DNA of 64,000 nt from the human T2T-CHM13v2.0 reference genome, Homo sapiens. The stretch lies in NCBI RefSeq assembly GCF_009914755.1, contig NC_060931.1, one strand, 5' to 3'. Position 1 is the first letter of the stretch, and every line of letters begins with the position of its first letter. Positions 1 to 13,667 of the stretch are shown here, piece after piece. A program made the position numbers and the translations under genes. The notes under the pieces were generated by a model. It saw nothing but the letters and a program-made list of their open reading frames with translations, was not told the origin of the DNA and made no database searches.

Positions 1-614
1 GTAGTTTCCAACATGAAACCAAATAATAAATATCATACTGGCTTTAAAATGTAATAAGCCAACATATGTCTGAATTGTTTAATGAAATCTTGGAGTGTTA
101 ACTGCCCCTGTGAAAAAAAAAGGAATGTATAAGTGGAATCAATAGATTAGAAAGTTGATTGACCAATTTGAACTGATACCTTCATAATCATGTGTCTGCC
201 AGCCTTATACACTCAATAGATACAGCTGTTGACATAACATTTTAGATAACAGAAGAAATTTTACAGGTGCTTAGGAAATACACATGAAGCTTTGGAATCA
301 ACCTCTGGATGAAACTATCAGAGCATTTGTGAACTGCTCTGACACAGTACTTCTGGGAGCTGGTGGCTGCAAAATCCACTGTCACCCTGATATCCTGGTA
401 TACAGAAAAAGACAATCAAAACAATCAATTGTTCATTTCCTGCCACAATATGGTTCCTTATACAGGTCAAAGACTGAAAATCAGAATACAAACACAACTA
501 AAAAGTATCCCCACCACAAGAAAATCATGGTGGACTTATTAAGACTTCCCAAATCATGCTACTTTCACAAATAGCACTCTAGAATTCTACAACTTTATAA
601 TCACATTAAGAGGT

Positions 615-1053
<439 letters not shown>

Positions 1054-1209
1054 CTAGAATGGTAGTTTTCCACTTTCTTTTTTATATATGCTGTGAAAGG
1101 CTCATTTCATATGAAGTCATAGAAACATTAGACATTAAGAATATGTCACCATATTCATCAACTTATCTTTCTGTTAATAAACCAATCAGGAAGTAGAACC
1201 TGGAGCTCA

Positions 1210-1655
1210 TGCTGAAACCAACCCAATAGTCCCATAGACAGTTTTTTGGATAAACATAGAAATTGACCCTTCTGGTCATAAAGCTTGAAACTTATATTGG
1301 TTTTATCTGAGTTCCCTGCTCAGGAAAAGACTTTCAGTCCTCTCAAAAAGTATCGAAGAACTGAAACTCACCAGATCACCACATCCAGACAATGAGATGA
1401 CAGACCCCTCATTCATCATGATTGCTTCCTTGCCCCTCTCTAGTTCCTGTTTTTTACACATTGTTTCATCTCTTTCCTGCTATATAAACCCCTAGTTTTA
1501 GTGGGTAAGGGAGATGTATTTGAAACAGCTCCCATGTCCCTGGCTGTAGCACCCAATCAAAGCCTTGTTCCTTGGCAATAATCATTGACTTAGTGATTGG
1601 CTTTCTGTGCGGCAAAGTGCAGGACCTAAACCAAATCCCTGGTGTTTAGATAACA
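1210..1655 (+). mobile_element. Solo LTR, LTR47-like
   Basis: TG...TAACA ends; CCCAATAGTCCCATAGAC..ATAAACATAGAAATTGACCC matches remembered LTR47 consensus; TATATAAA near 1480. Confidence 0.75.
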
Positions 1656-1747
1656 ATGTGAAGAGGGGGTGGGGCGGGGGGGCTATACAATCATTTTTGT
1701 GCTTGGAGAATCTTGCAAGGTTATCTAAGAATTTGTCTAACTTTAGG

Positions 1748-2036
1748 GGCCAGGCCCAGTGGCTCACACCTGTAATCCCAGCATTTTGGAAGGCCAGGGC
1801 GAGCAGATCACGAGGTCAGGAGATTGACACCATCCTGGCTAACACAGTGAAACCCCGTCTCTACTAAAAATACAAAAAGTTAGCCGGACGTGGTGGCGGG
1901 TGCCTGTAGTCCCAGCTACTCAGGAGGCTGAGGCAGGAGAATGGCATGAACCCGGGAGGCAGAGCTTACAGTGAGCCCAGATCCTGCCACTGGGCAACAG
2001 AGCAAGACTCCAATTCAAAAAAAAAAAAAAAAAAAA
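1748..2036 (+). mobile_element. AluY-like with short right-arm deletion
   Basis: ACCATCCTGGCTAACAC and GAATGGCATGAACC diagnostics; TSD AAGAATTTGTCTAACTTT at 1727-1744 and 2035-2052. Confidence 0.95.
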
Positions 2037-2224
2037 GAATTTGTCTAACTTTCTTTTTTTTTTTTTTTTGGGAAAAATGGATAAGAACTATTGGTTTCAA
2101 AAAAAGGAGACATTATGTCTAACAAGGCATTTCAGGAGCTCTACAAACCTGAACTCAAAATTTGATGTGTTATGACATTGTTTTAACTCTGTAAAACCTA
2201 TTATAAATAACTTTTATTTATCAG

Positions 2225-2420
2225 TTACTAAGTCCCCAGTGCTCTTCTAAGCACTCTACAGAAAACAACATAGTTTAACCTCATTACAGATGAGAAATGC
2301 ATTACAGATGAGAAAACCAAGGCACAGAGAGTTCAACTTAGTTGCTCCAAACCACATAACCATTAGGTGCTAGAATGGGCATTTGAATCCAGGCAGTTTG
2401 GCTCCAAAGGCTACACTCCT
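2225..2420 (-). mobile_element. MIR fragment
   Basis: Core TTACAGATGAGAAAACCAAGGCACAGAGAG...ATTTGAATCCAGGCAGTTTGGCTCCA. Confidence 0.75.
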
Positions 2421-2671
2421 CACACTCTAGTGTATTATACAATAAATTCAAATGTAGAAAATGAATAAAGCCACTTGTGTCTTCACTGTGCATCTTCTTC
2501 AACTCTGTAAATGTAGAATTTTATATCTTTTATTAGAAATATCTAGCCTTGAACATATCCATCCTGTAATGTAAAACTCTAAAAGCCAGTGTTAACCACC
2601 TGTACATGTATTATGGTTTTCAGTTTATCCTTTTGATTTTTAGGCAGAGCTCTCCTTTGAAAGTCAATCTG

Positions 2672-2857
<186 letters not shown>

Positions 2858-3653
2858 TTATTTCACTTATGATTTCACTCAATTCATTGTGAAACTTTTA
2901 TTTATTTTAATGTATGTCAGTGAGAAAAATTTAGTTGTCTTGATGAAGATTTGTTTTGTTTTGTTTTTTGGAAATGCTTCTGAGCCATATTGATGGCTTT
3001 ATAAACTCAAAGCAAGGGCTAAAAGACACCATTGCAGATAATATCCATTGCGGCTGTACTTGGTTTGATTGTACCATACATGGCACATTTTTATCAATAC
3101 AGACAAATAGCTCCAAAGATAACTTTTTCCCAGTTTACCTCAGAATCTCAGGATAATCTTCTATTAAGGCTTGGGGGATGAATTGTGGTAGAAAATGTTG
3201 AAGCACTGCTTGTATTTCTTATCAGAAATATAAAATCAGAAAAAGAATCCCCCAAGTTGATTAGTAGTGATAATCTATTATATCTCGTTTATTATTTTTC
3301 CATTTGCACGTATTCTGATGTGTACAACTGCTAAGTGGACGTACCTGGGCCTTGCTAATTGAGCTTGATACAGGCACTTGTTTCTACAGATTTGCATTAA
3401 CAGATATGCTCAGGTCTCAATTTAGTTTTAAAAAAATCGAGAAAAAGTACTGATTTGCACTTGATTAAATTACAACATCTTTACAGGAAGTTCAAATACA
3501 TGCACAGAGGTGGCAGATCTGCACAAGACAAATTTACCCCAAAGAACAAGTTAATGCATTCGTGGTTCCACAGGGTTGCAACTTAACACAAAACACATTA
3601 GCTGTGGATGTTGTCTGTCATTACAGCTTTTAAAGATTTAAAATATATTTTAA

Positions 3654-3963
<310 letters not shown>

Positions 3964-4124
3964 AAAATATATTTTAAAATATTAAGCTGTTATTAGCTAG
4001 TTATAGAGCCCCCAAAATACCATAATAAAACTTGTTTAAATTTTGAAAACCATTCAACTAAACAACATGTATGTCAATTTCATAGCTGACATGTAATTTT
4101 TTAAAATGCAAAAATGATTACTGA

Positions 4125-4585
<461 letters not shown>

Positions 4586-4952
4586 CATAGTTGAAATTTT
4601 ATCTGGCAAAATTTGAAATATTTTTAACATGTATTGTTTTGATTGTTTTCCTCTCCTTTAACTATATATGTTATCAACTTCTGACAATTATTCCTTCAAA
4701 ATATCTTGTGTATCTGCCTCTTTATGTTCATTACCGTTGTAAGCAACATAGTCCTGGCTGTAGTCTTCATTATTGCAAAATATAGTCTGTTCCTCCAATA
4801 ATTCTTTCCACACATGCCTTTCCAATCTAATCTATTGATATTCCTTAGTGAAACCCACCCCTGCCTGTATGCCAGTCTCCTTACGATCTGTTTCACCTGT
4901 CCTCTCCTCTTTTTAAATATTCTTGAAAGTTGCTTAAGATTTAGAAAATCTA

Positions 4953-5258
4953 GGCCGGCCCCAGTTGCTTACGCCTGTAATCCCAGCACTTTGGGAGGCC
5001 AAGGTGGGCGGATCACGAGGTCAGGAGATCGAGACCATCCTGGCTAACATGGTGAAACCCTGTCTCTACTAAAAATACAAAAAATTAGCCAGGCATGGCA
5101 GCAGGTGCCTGTAGTCCCAGCTATTTGGGAGACTGAGGCAGAAGAATGGTGTGAACCTGGGTGGCAGAGCTTGCTGTGAGCTGAGATCGCACGACTGCAC
5201 TCCAGCCTGGGCGACAGAGCGAGTCTCCACCTCGAAAAAAAAAAAAAAAAAAAAAAAA
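4953..5258 (+). mobile_element. AluY
   Basis: AluY diagnostics; TSD AAGATTT(A/G)GAAAATCTA. Confidence 0.95.
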
Positions 5259-5684
5259 AGATTTGGAAAATCTAGTCTTCCCCATTTCAATAAAATGTTA
5301 TTATTCTTAATAGTAAATGAGGGAATTGTGTTTCATTGTGATAATATCATCTTATTTTCCATTTATTTTCTCTGATTTTATTGTTCTTTTGAGGGTGTTG
5401 TAATTTTACCTGAGAAGTAACTTTTGTCTTAATGATTTTGCTTCCTTGTGAAGTATTTTTTTGCAAACTAACTGAACTTTTATTTCATAATATAGAAAAT
5501 ACAGTTGCCAGTATACAAGAGACAAGCCATTTTCTGAATATTCGTGAGAAAAATTCAAGCTGGTCAGATTGGTTCAAATTTATCTAAAATGATGGCCTCG
5601 TAAATGTCGGACCCAAATGCTATTTACTCATACATGCTGTATGATTTCTGTAACAATGTTCCATCACTGACATCCCTGTAATTA

Positions 5685-6220
5685 ATTTGTTCATTTTTTT
5701 CAAGAAATGTGTACTGCACAGTGTTCTGGATGCTAAATATATAATGGTAAACAAAAAAGATCTGGCCCCCTACTCTTCCAGAGCTTAGATTCTTGTGGGG
5801 CAAAAGGGACTAATTCATAATCTTTCAAATGAACAGGAGAAGAGACCAAGAGGAACTATAAGAGCCTAAATAGGGCATTGGCCTAGAGAGGGATCACAGC
5901 AAATTCTCCCTGAAGGAATGATCTTGTACTGAACCCTGAAGCATGAGCAGACACTAACTTGCTAAAGGGAAGGAGGAGTGTTCCAGCACGGCTAAAAATC
6001 TTGTGTTAAAAAGAAAGCATGACTGGTTCGGGGTCTGAAAGAAGAGCGGAGTGGTTGAAATGCAGAAAGTGAGGAGAAATGAACTGGAAAATGAAGCTGG
6101 AGAAAGAGATGGCAACCATAGCAAGCCTGCTGCTAGTCATCTTAAGTAGTGTTGTTTCTCATCACCCTAAGAGCACAGGGAAGCCAAAGAAGGACTCTAA
6201 ACATGGGGAGTGATATATGT
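5685..6220 (-). mobile_element. L2 3' fragment
   Basis: TTGTTCATT..GTGTTCTGGATGCT..AATGGTAAACAAAA..CCAGAGCTTA pattern then purine-rich L2 body; ends approximate. Confidence 0.6.
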
Positions 6221-6459
6221 GGAAAAAGACCCAATATCAACTGTCAACTAAAAATGTAAGATTTCTAGGTATTAAGCACTCACAATAAAGTTAACACTTG
6301 GGAACTGTTCAAAGGCACATTAAATACCATGCAATTGTGTTTATATGAAGTGCTTTACAATTCAAAAGTACATTGTGTTGACATTTGGAGACTATATGAT
6401 ATGCCTGAAAGTGGCAACTCAAGGTTGTTTCAGAAATAATCCATAAATTAAAGTCTAGG

Positions 6460-6836
6460 TGTATTAGTCCATTTTCATACTGCTATAAGAACTGCCCAAG
6501 ACTGGGTAATTTATAAAGGAAAGAGGTTTAATTAACTCACTGTTCTGCATGGCTGGGAAAGTCTCAGGAAACTTACAATCATGGCAGAAGGCAAAGAGGA
6601 AGCAAGGCACTTTCGTCACAAGGTGGCAGGAAGGAGAATGAACACAGGAGGAACTACCAAACATTTATAAAATCATCAGCTCTCATGAGAACTCACTCAC
6701 TATCATAAGAAGAGCATAGGGTACACTACTTCCATGATTCAATTACCTTTATCTGGTCTTTCCCTTGACACATGGGGATTATGAGGTTTATAATTCAAGA
6801 TGAGATTTTGGGTGGGGACACAGTAAAACCATATCA
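6460..6836 (-). mobile_element. THE1 (THE1D-like) MaLR solo LTR
   Basis: TGTATTAGTCCATTTTCATACTGCTATAAG...GGGTGGGGACACAG..AACCATATCA. Confidence 0.9.
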
Positions 6837-8494
6837 CTACAGATGACCAAGTGTTTTAAAATTAAAACACTGGAACTGAAAGTAGGACCAAAATGCTTAC
6901 ATAATAGTAATCTGATGTGTTCATGCATTTTTAAGCAATTTTACCTCTATGTCCCTGGTTTGCTTCCAGTTTAGGTTGGAAATTACTTGGAATTGTTATC
7001 ACATGACAGCTGCTGACACATTTGAAGTTAATCAGTTCTGAGGTTAGCTTCTAGAGCATGTGTTCACACGGTAAAGCCAACATCCTAATTGCCACCAACT
7101 GTTTTCTTCTGCAAAGTCAGTAAGAGACCACAGATCAAGTTGTTTAATGACATCAATAAGAAATGGAAAAGAACCCTTAGTTCACCTTTCCTTTTCCCTT
7201 GAGACCACAGAATAGCTGCTTCTTTTTTCTTCAAGTATTTTGCCCAGTCCTATCTAAAACAAATCAAATGGTATGAATTCTCTGCTTCCCTCTGCGATTC
7301 TCTCCAAAACCTCTAAACATTTTGCTTTCCCCCACCTCCCAGTTATTCTCCTTTTTGCTTCCTTAGTAGACATCTTCAGGAATCCCTGCCCTTGCTGTGT
7401 ATTCCCAGGATTCAGAAAGCAAGCTGAGATGTTCCGTTAGGTCGTGGAGGAGGAATGAGGTGGAAAACTGAATTGCCTAATCACCTCAGTGGGTGGTCCT
7501 TGCGCATAGAGATAAAATTAATCCTAAGGGTGGGACTGTGGTAACTATAAGCTATCCACGACACAATAACATAGACCTTAATAGTATTTGATATTGTGAT
7601 CAAATATTGGCCAAGAAAGAAAGTCACCAGAAAGGCTAAACAAATAAAATGCATTGAAGACTAGACAGGAAAAATGAAATATGTGCTCTGGAATATTCCA
7701 TTTGTTATATTTTTAAGGCTGAGTAGAATGCATGACTGTAACAAATAGGTGTTTTATTCAACAACACAAATCTAAAAAGTGATCATTGGTGCGTAATGTT
7801 GAAAGTGGTTATCACAAATGTTTGGAAAAAAAGCATTTCTATTAGATGTTCTTTTCACATTATGAGAAAATATCTTTTAAAGGTGGTCTTTTTATGTTCT
7901 TATAATACGACCCTATAAGATTTCTTGTTTTACAGTATAGGAAATTGAAATTCAGCAGTTTAGTAAGTGAGAAAAAAATCTAGAATTAGAATTTAGGGTT
8001 CTTATTTTTCCAAGGCCTACTTATTTCACCATTACCATCTGTTAAGTTGTTCCTTTTATAGGAGGTTTTTATCATACACGAGGGCCAAAATGGAAACTTC
8101 TGCGTGATGACAAAGAAATCTTACAGTTATGGGGAGAGTGGTAAGGTGGAACGGAAAGCTTGGGATGATGAACAAAGAGTTTTAACAGCTTAGTGTTTCA
8201 CACATGGAGAAACAATTCTGAGGTCAGCTAACACCTGTTTTTCCAGATTCTGATATATCTGGCTTGTGTGAAAACTCCTTTATTTTCCTTTTTATGTAAA
8301 GGATTTTACTGGTAATAGCTATGGGGAAACAGACTGTCAATAGCAGAAATAATGTGGGAAGTTTATAAAACTCATAAGGTTTCATCACTCATCTTTATCT
8401 TCAAGCATCTTTATAGAATTTTAACACTAATTCTAAGCAGATATTAATTACAAATCCCCCAGAAAAAGGAGAGCGAGGCTGTTAAAGAATTGAT

Positions 8495-8881
8495 ACTTTT
8501 CTTTTGAATATGTATCCAGAAGTAGGAATGCTGGATCATATGGTAGTTGTATTTTTTATTTTTTAAATTTTTATTTATATACTTTTAATTGGAAAGTTGA
8601 ACTCATAGAAGCAGAGAGTAGAAGGGTGTTTTCCAGGAGTCAATGCAGTGGGGGTTTGGGCAGGGGGAAGGAGGAATGACTGGATTACAAACTTTTAGTT
8701 ATAAAATGAATAATCTCTAGAAACATAATATCCAACATGGTGACTATAGTTAGTAATAATGTATTATATATTTGAAATATGCCAAAAGACTGTATCTTAC
8801 ATATTCGCACTACAAAAAAAGCAACCATGTGAGATGATGGATATGATAATCAGCTTGATAGTGGGAATCATTTCACAGTGG

Positions 8882-8921
<40 letters not shown>

Positions 8922-8985
8922 CAATCCATCATGTTGTATACCTTGAATATATGCAAGTTTTATTTGTCAATTATATCTCAATAAT
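8495..8985 (+). mobile_element. Old L1 (L1MA/MB) 3' end with an inverted 5' piece
   Basis: 8495-8570 antisense L1 (CCAGAAGTAGGAATGCTGGATCATATGGTAG); 8593-8985 sense 3'UTR (GAACTCATAGAAGCAGAGAGTAGAA...GTCAATTATATCTCAATAA). Confidence 0.75.
8882..8920. repeat. (TA)n(TG)n microsatellite
   Basis: Directly visible. Confidence 0.95.
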
Positions 8986-9538
8986 CCTGAAACTTACAGA
9001 AATTGTTCCCAGATGCTGGGCCTCCCCAGTGTTGGCCTATTGGAAGAACATTAATAGAAAAAGTCAAATGACTTTATAACTGTGCCATAATATAGCAAGT
9101 CCATACTATTCCTATTTGGATTTAGGCTTTATAAGCATGGCTTTAACAAACATTATCCTCCACAGGGTGCTTTGCATATTACATGACCTCGTTATCTGTT
9201 TTTAGAATAAACTGTTTGGAGGCCAAGCTTTTAGTTACGCAATGAAATAGCAGCTCGTTAAGGTATAAAGGTAACTAAAAAGCATACCAAAGGTAACGTG
9301 CAGGATTAGCTTTTTCTTTGTGATATGGGTCTTTTGTGAAATATTTTCCTTGTCTATCTTGTATCTATGATCTCGTTTTTCATTACTGGGAATATCATGA
9401 CTTTCATTCAGATACCCAACACTGTTATGCAGCCCATGAGGATTTCACATGAGTTCCTCTCCCCTCCCCACAAGTTTGATTTTCTATATGCATACATAGA
9501 TTCTGAAATTTGGGGCAGAATAATTTTTAATAAAGTTA

Positions 9539-9973
<435 letters not shown>

Positions 9974-10088
9974 CTAAGCATTTGCTGAACACTTAATACC
10001 AGTGCCAATGCTCACAAGTTTAATACCTACTGGACGTACTAACAGAGGAAACTCATTTATTCCTTTGTAATCATATATCTTTAAATAA

Positions 10089-10680
10089 TGTATAAGTCTT
10101 AGTCCAATCAGGAGATTAAAACCACACAGCAATTTGAAAAGGAAAGGGGTAATATAAAGAATTATTAAATATAATAAGGGATTGGAGTAACAAGGGGTTG
10201 GCTAGTAAGAAGTAAAAGAACTCTAATGAGTAGAGGAATGGAATATATAAGCAAGAGTCAGTATCCTAGGAATGGAATATATAAGCAAGAGTCAGTATCC
10301 TAGGACCGAGATAATTGTCCATGGAATAGTTCCCATTACCCCAGGCCTGAGATCCAGGTTTTATTGGGAAGAAAATAAGCTTGGCTCACTGAAAGGCAGA
10401 GAATTTGTTGTAGTGCCCTGCCAATGGAACTTAGAGAAAATCTAACTTTCAGTACTGCCAGAAATCACCCTCTTGGTAGCTGGGGAAATCTGTTTATGGG
10501 GAGATGTCTCACCAGAGGGCCTCCACTATGAAACTGCTCATCAGGCGTTCAGAGGGCAGCCACTGGCTCCTGAGTGCCGTAGGTTAATTTTCTGCAAAAG
10601 CCTAGTGCTAGAGAAGCTGCCTGCACTGTCGGAACCTGCTGCTGGAGAAATTACCTGCCTTAGACACGTTAAACCTACTT
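10089..10680. mobile_element. Ancient LTR fragment, family uncertain
   Basis: TGTATAAGTC..AGTCCAATCAGGAGA..AAACCACAC..AATATAAAGAATTATT resembles old mammalian LTR termini. Confidence 0.4.
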
Positions 10681-11081
10681 GAATATATTGGTTCATAAGC
10701 ACTCAGGAATAAAGCTAATTAAACTTCTGACTGGAGCACTAGAAAGCTCTCTCTTGCTGTGAGGCTCATGAATTTGGCATCTCAGCTCTGTTGGACATCG
10801 GCCCCCATTGGGTTCTGGTTTCAGTCGACCAACTAGACAAACAATTTATATCACTCCCAATCTCGTATGTCAGCATACCAAATCATATCCCTCTTATCAA
10901 TATAGTGTAATCTAAAACTAAGATCTGTATTCATTCTAGCTCACTCAGAATTAATATCCACAAACATTTCCCCAGCATTGGGAGGTACAGTGCAAACTTG
11001 CCACTAGGATACTTGTACAAGTGTTCATGTAAAACTATGGCCCACACTAAGTCACACTGCAATCCCAGAATTGCCATAGCA

Positions 11082-11300
11082 TAGTAGTTCTTAAGCAGAG
11101 ATGATGTGTTTCCACTCCCTCCCCAGGATATTGGCAATGTGCGGAGGCACTTTTGATTGTCACAGCTAGAGAGGTGCTGGCAGTGTCTACTGGGTAGAGA
11201 TTAGGGATGTGGCTAAATATCTTACAATGCACACAATAGCCTCTAGAAAAATATAATTATATGGCCCAAAATGTCAACTGTGCTAAGGTTGAGAAATCTG
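11082..11300 (+). mobile_element. MER20 (hAT-Charlie DNA transposon)
   Basis: TTGGCAATGT..TTGTCACAGCT..CTTACAATGCAC..GGCCCAAAATGTCAA..GGTTGAGAAATCTG follows the MER20 consensus. Confidence 0.85.
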
Positions 11301-11487
11301 CTAGACTCAAAGAAGTGGTCATGATAGAGTAGAGAAAATCTAGTGTGGGAGGTGCCCAAGGGTACACTTTTACAAAAGAATGGGTTCAGCGATGTCTTTG
11401 GAAGCCAGAAAGAGAAGCCATTACAGGAAGAGAAGCCATTACAGAACTAGGCCCGGTGATGGCATCGTGGATGATAGGATCCACATG

Positions 11488-11600
11488 ATGGTTATGTCAC
11501 CAGCCTCTGAATGCATAATTGGAATGAAATAGAAATAACTGGTAGTTGGCACAATTCCCACAAAGGGTCCTTGGTCTGTGGGGTAAGAGCTATTATTGTT
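11488..11600 (+). mobile_element. Decayed ERVL-type internal (protease/RT junction) fragment
   Basis: Translates with one frameshift to MVMSPASECIIGM / ITGSWHNSHKGSLVCGVRAII, resembling ERVL VISPVPECIIGIDILSSWQNPHIGSLT.GVRAI. Confidence 0.65.
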
Positions 11601-12114
11601 CTATATTTACATAGCCATCTAATTATCTTTACAAATCATTTTGCTCTCCACTGAAATCTAGATTAATAGAGGACAAAAATATTCCTAACTAGAGAAAGAT
11701 CACTATTTAGCAACTATTATAGGAATGTAACTAAAATTTCCTACCAAAAATGATGAAAAGATTCCCTTTTATTAACAATAATCATTAACAGTCTCATAGC
11801 TTCATTATTGTTCCTTGTTTATAATGATTTGAATTTGTTAGTTAGAAGGATCCAGGAAAATAAAAGTTTATTTTGTTCTAGGTACAAGTTCGTCAAAATA
11901 ACAAAACAAAACAACAATAACAGAAACAACAGCAACAAAGATAAACTTGGGTTCTGTTTATCAATTTCCACACATAATATGCAATATTTTTTTTTTGGTT
12001 TCTCTCTTTAGGTCCAGACTGAAAATGCAGGCATGTATCCTCAATCCAAATAATTTAGCTGTCACCTGGAGAATTAAGTGTCCTGAATTTTATTCCTAAA
12101 AGTGGCCTTGGAGT

Positions 12115-12230
12115 TTATTTTACAGATAAAGAAATTGAGGCTCAGGAAACTGAAATTACTTCCTTAAAGTCAAATTGTTGGTCGGCTGCAGCCTAGATTT
12201 CTGCACTCCCATTTAATGCTATTTCCATTA
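12115..12230 (-). mobile_element. MIR fragment
   Basis: TTTTACAGATAAAGAAATTGAGGCTCAG core. Confidence 0.6.
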
Positions 12231-13667
12231 AATAACAAAATAATAATATTAAGGATAGTCAGAATAACATGTGAATTTAAATCATGCTATCTAGTCTATT
12301 TTCACTATATTTTATTTATTTGGGCCTAAATATATTTACTAATTTGTACAGTTAGGGAGTTGTTTTACACAAGGGAAAAAATTTATGTTAAATATATACT
12401 GTATGTTTTCTTAAACCATTTATTTGACATCTCTAAAATACTTTTGTTTCTAATGTAATTTTCAACTTTCCACAAAAAGCCACGAGGATCCAAGGATTGA
12501 GAAAGAGCTTATCTATTCTTGATTTTCATCATCATCGATAACATCCATGCTCTTGATAAATCACTCTGTCCCTTGTGTTTGTTTCCACACTAACACTCTG
12601 TCTTTTTTCTCCAGCTCATCAGAGTTGGGTGCAGATGGATAAAGGAAAAAGATAGTTGTTGCTGGGAAGACAAAGTGGTAAAGATAAAGGTTTGAAATAG
12701 AATTTTCCTGGTATATAATTTAAGAGTAAAAGTATTGAGCTAGATAGTGACTATGTTTGAGCAAAATACGTGGTAAAAAAGAAAAGGTAAAAGGAGAACA
12801 GCGTGTGTTGGCAAATTTCTCTTTCCTAAAGGCTTAAGGTATGATTATTTTTTCTATTTATAAACAGAATTACTTTTTTGCATAGCCCATTGTTCTAAGG
12901 TCTTAGATTGTCAACTAATTCAAGAAAGACGAAGAACTGTTCTCTGAGTCTTATGGTACAAAGAAAAACAAGATGTGAATGCTGAAAATATAATTTCATA
13001 GATATTGTCCAAAACTGGACTTCATAATGTAAATTTGAATTCTAAAATATAAATACCTATTTTCATTTTTATCATAAACTTTTTTCTAATACCATCCAAA
13101 TCACTGGGGTCTTTGTCTTCAAGTGGGATGAAAAACTGACCAAAGCCTATTTTCCTTAATGGAAGCTTTATTTCAACAACATCTCTATTTTGACTAACGT
13201 ATTTTATACCTTATACTCTATTAATTCTAAATTTTTCCTGCATATTGTTTTTCATTTTCTTTTGACAAATACTTATTACTTTCCAAATTAAGGATACAAG
13301 CATTCATTCAACATATATTCATTGAACACCTTCAAGATGCAAAAACTTACTGCTAGGAATCAAAAGGAAATTGTTCCTGCCCTTGAGGATCTCACAATTT
13401 TAATTATCAAAAGTAAAGTAAATGCATAACTTTGTTCAGCAGCCGAGTCCATGCAATCAGGAAGGGGAACACAAAACTCAGTACTATATTTTTAAATTTC
13501 AAATAACTGATTCCTTTATCCAAATAGAATATCTTACTGAAATTGCTATAAAGCAGAGTAACAAAGAATCCGTGAAAAAAAATCCCATATTTTGAATTTT
13601 CTCACATAACGTTAATCTAACTTTAGAAGTGTTAACCTCATTCCCCACATAAATTAATAAAGATTAG

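Noticed and set aside
284-574. 96-aa ORF
   Set aside because: No recognisable domain and no convincing exon structure; a chance-length ORF.
2282-2315. 18-bp tandem duplication in a MIR
   Set aside because: Ordinary slippage duplication.
6850-6871. AGTGTTTTAA-AA-TTAAAACACT palindrome
   Set aside because: 10-bp AT-rich arms are plausible by chance in this composition.
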